A stretch of 64,000 nt of DNA. Origin: Chrysomallon squamiferum (Eukaryota; Animalia; Mollusca). The notes under the pieces are model-generated. The model did not search any database, was not told the origin of the DNA, and was given only the letters and a program-made list of their open reading frames with translations. The DNA lies in contig CM022665.1 of NCBI GenBank assembly GCA_012295275.1, forward strand, positions 3,286,001 through 3,350,000. The letters run 5' to 3'. Positions 62,001-64,000 of this stretch are shown here, one piece after another; within the stretch, counting starts at the first letter, position 1; each line of letters opens with the position of its first letter. Both the position numbers and the translations under genes were made by a program.

Positions 62001-64000
62001 CTACTGTTTCGTTGTGAACAATGTTGGCTTCTTTCTCCACGTTCAGCCAGTCACTCAGATTACTTACTTGTGTTTGAAGATTTTCAATTTCATTTAAGTG
62101 AAGGCTCAGCTTTTCTCTGTGCACTTTGATCTCGTCTGTCAAATTTTCATTTTCATGAAAGAGATCCTTCTTACTTTCATTCAAATTTGCTATTTCCTGT
62201 TGCTTCTCCTCTACTGTCTTTTCTAAAGACCTTTGCTCTGACAGAAGATGTTCTATTTTTCCTGTCAGCTCTGCAATCCTGTTTTCATATGAATTTGAAA
62301 GTTCAGAAATCTGTCTATTCAGATCAGAATTCTTTTCCTCTAATATTTTTACATCAGATTCTAACTGGGAACAACTTTCACTTAATTTATCTTTCAGCGT
62401 CTCAATGTGCTCAAGTTTAGCTTCCAGTTCACAACACTGGCTAGAAATTTGTTCTTTTTCTTCTGTCAAATTTTCCAATTTATGTTTAATACTTACACAG
62501 ATTTCCCTTTCGACTGTCAAGTCATTTTGCCAGAAGAGAGCACTGGTCTTCAAGATGTGCACATTTCAAAGTTAGTTTTGTTTTTCTTCATTCAGCTTCT
62601 GAATGTGTGTTTCAAGACCAGAACACTTTTGATTCTGATCAAAGAGCTCAGCTGTGATCATTTCAATCTGGCCATTTTTATCAGTGCACAGATCTTTATA
62701 CTCTGTTAATTCAGAGTTAATTTTCTCCATTTTCAGTTCTAGCGACTGAATCATTTCTTCAGAGATTTCTGTTTTTAGATTTCAATTGATCCAAATTATC
62801 TTTCAAAGATTTTATTTGTGCATCTTTTTCCTCTAAAACAATCTGCATCTTTTTGAGCATCAGAAAGTTCAGCTTGTAGTAATTCAAGCTGGTCAGAAAA
62901 TCTCTGAGTCTCTGACTTTGATTCCTGTACCAACTTTTCTAATTTTGCTGTTTCCTCTTTCATTGAAACATTCTGGTTTTCAATGTTGTGGCATTTCTCT
63001 GACAACCTGGCCAACTCTTCTATTTTCTGGTTCAATTCATCTTGAAACATCTGCTTTTCTGAAGTTAACTCAGTTAATTTAGAATTCAGCGTGTCTGAAT
63101 TTGTTTTCATTACACTAAGTTGACTTGTCAGATCTTCAGTCATCTTTTCCTGCTCTGCTAATTTGGTAGACAAATTTTCTACTTGACTTTCAAATAAACT
63201 GACCTTTTCGTCTTTATCACTGATCTCCTTTTTGAGATATTCCGCATCACCAAGCAACTGTTCGTACTGCCCTTTAGTTTTGTTATGGTCTTCCTTTTCT
63301 TTATTCAGATCAGCTTCTAAACATTTTTGCTTATCACACAGTGATTTTATTTCTGTCTGGGCTGCATTATTTTGAGTATTTGCCATTTCTAGTTCATGCT
63401 CAACATCTCGTAATGACTTAGAAATATTTTCAATCAGTTTCTTCAAATTATTTTCACTTTCTGACAGATCTTTGTTTTTATTAGAGAGCTGATTGATTTC
63501 ATCGGACATGTCATCTTTGGTTCTAGATAGTGTTTCTCTCGACTGTGATAGTTCATATTCCACAGTTTGTTTTTCTGTCAGAGCTTCGGCCAGCAAAGAT
63601 TCCTTACACGCTACTAATTCATTCAGTCTGTTGACCTCAACTTGCAAGCTTGCATTACAAGATTCACTTTTATTCAAACGTGTTAAAAGATCCTGCTTTT
63701 CTGATGTTAACTCTGTGACAGTATCCTTCTCTTTGTTTAGAATCTGGACAGTTTCATCCAATTTACAAATTAGTTCTTTGTTTTCTGATGTCAGACTGGC
63801 TACTGTTTCGTGTGAACAATGTTGGCTTCTTTCTCCACGTTCAGCCAGTCACTCAGATTACTTACTTGTGTTTGAAGATTTTCAATTTCATTTAAGTGAA
63901 GGCTCAGCTTTTCTCTGTGCACTTTGATCTCGTCTGTCAAATTTTCATTTTCATGAAAGAGATCCTTCTTACTTTCATTCAGATTTGCTATTTCCTGTTG
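45234..64000 (-). CDS. GOLGB1: Giantin-like (golgin B1) giant coiled-coil, tail-anchored Golgi protein; 5' end outside window
   Basis: Exons >64000-~58220 (repeat exon; donor uncertain; frameshifts), 57313-54680, 53034-48097, 47738-47592, 46822-46722, 46390-46231, 45984-45924, 45708-45648, 45345-45234. Heptad-rich throughout. C-terminal TM RPGIRTLLWAYFILLHILIISCFTGFI* matches the giantin tail (YFLMIHVLLILCFTGHL). Confidence 0.9.
58599..64000 (-). repeat. Coding tandem repeat, unit ~1797 bp (599 aa), >=3 copies, continuing past the window end
   Basis: Anchor CCTGTTG(CTTCTCCTC) recurs at 58599, 60399, 62196 and 63994 (periods 1800, 1797, 1798). ORF translations repeat nearly verbatim. Confidence 0.97.

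Noticed and set aside
47976-63927. Numerous plus-strand ORFs
   Set aside because: Antisense shadows of the E/K/Q/L-rich coiled-coil exons.

Overview
AT-rich, microsatellite-rich eukaryotic (animal) genomic DNA with GT-AG spliced genes. A mollusc, probably an octopod cephalopod, is an inference from composition, the perlwapin-like gene and the repeat types. Gene order: 3' end of an SRSF4/5/6 (B52-type) SR splicing factor (+), whose upstream intron carries a tandem array of six box C/D snoRNA copies (SNORD2/snR39B-type guide plus a second guide to the adjacent 28S segment); a CFAP36-like BART-domain gene (-); an unexplained exon-like region at 10.5-12.9 kb; a secreted four-WAP-domain gene (+); an orphan ~570-aa gene with an internal duplication and one frameshift (+); MEAF6 (+); MRPL21 (-); CARF (+, head-to-head with MRPL21); and the 3' ~19 kb of a giantin/GOLGB1-type tail-anchored golgin (-) with giant exons, including one built from >=3 near-identical ~1.8-kb coding tandem repeats. 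Transposon relics: a pogo/Tigger-like MITE, a Tc1 transposase fragment and an RTE LINE tail. The most notable item is the multi-copy, dual-guide intronic snoRNA array. All family assignments come from recalled motifs, not from database searches.
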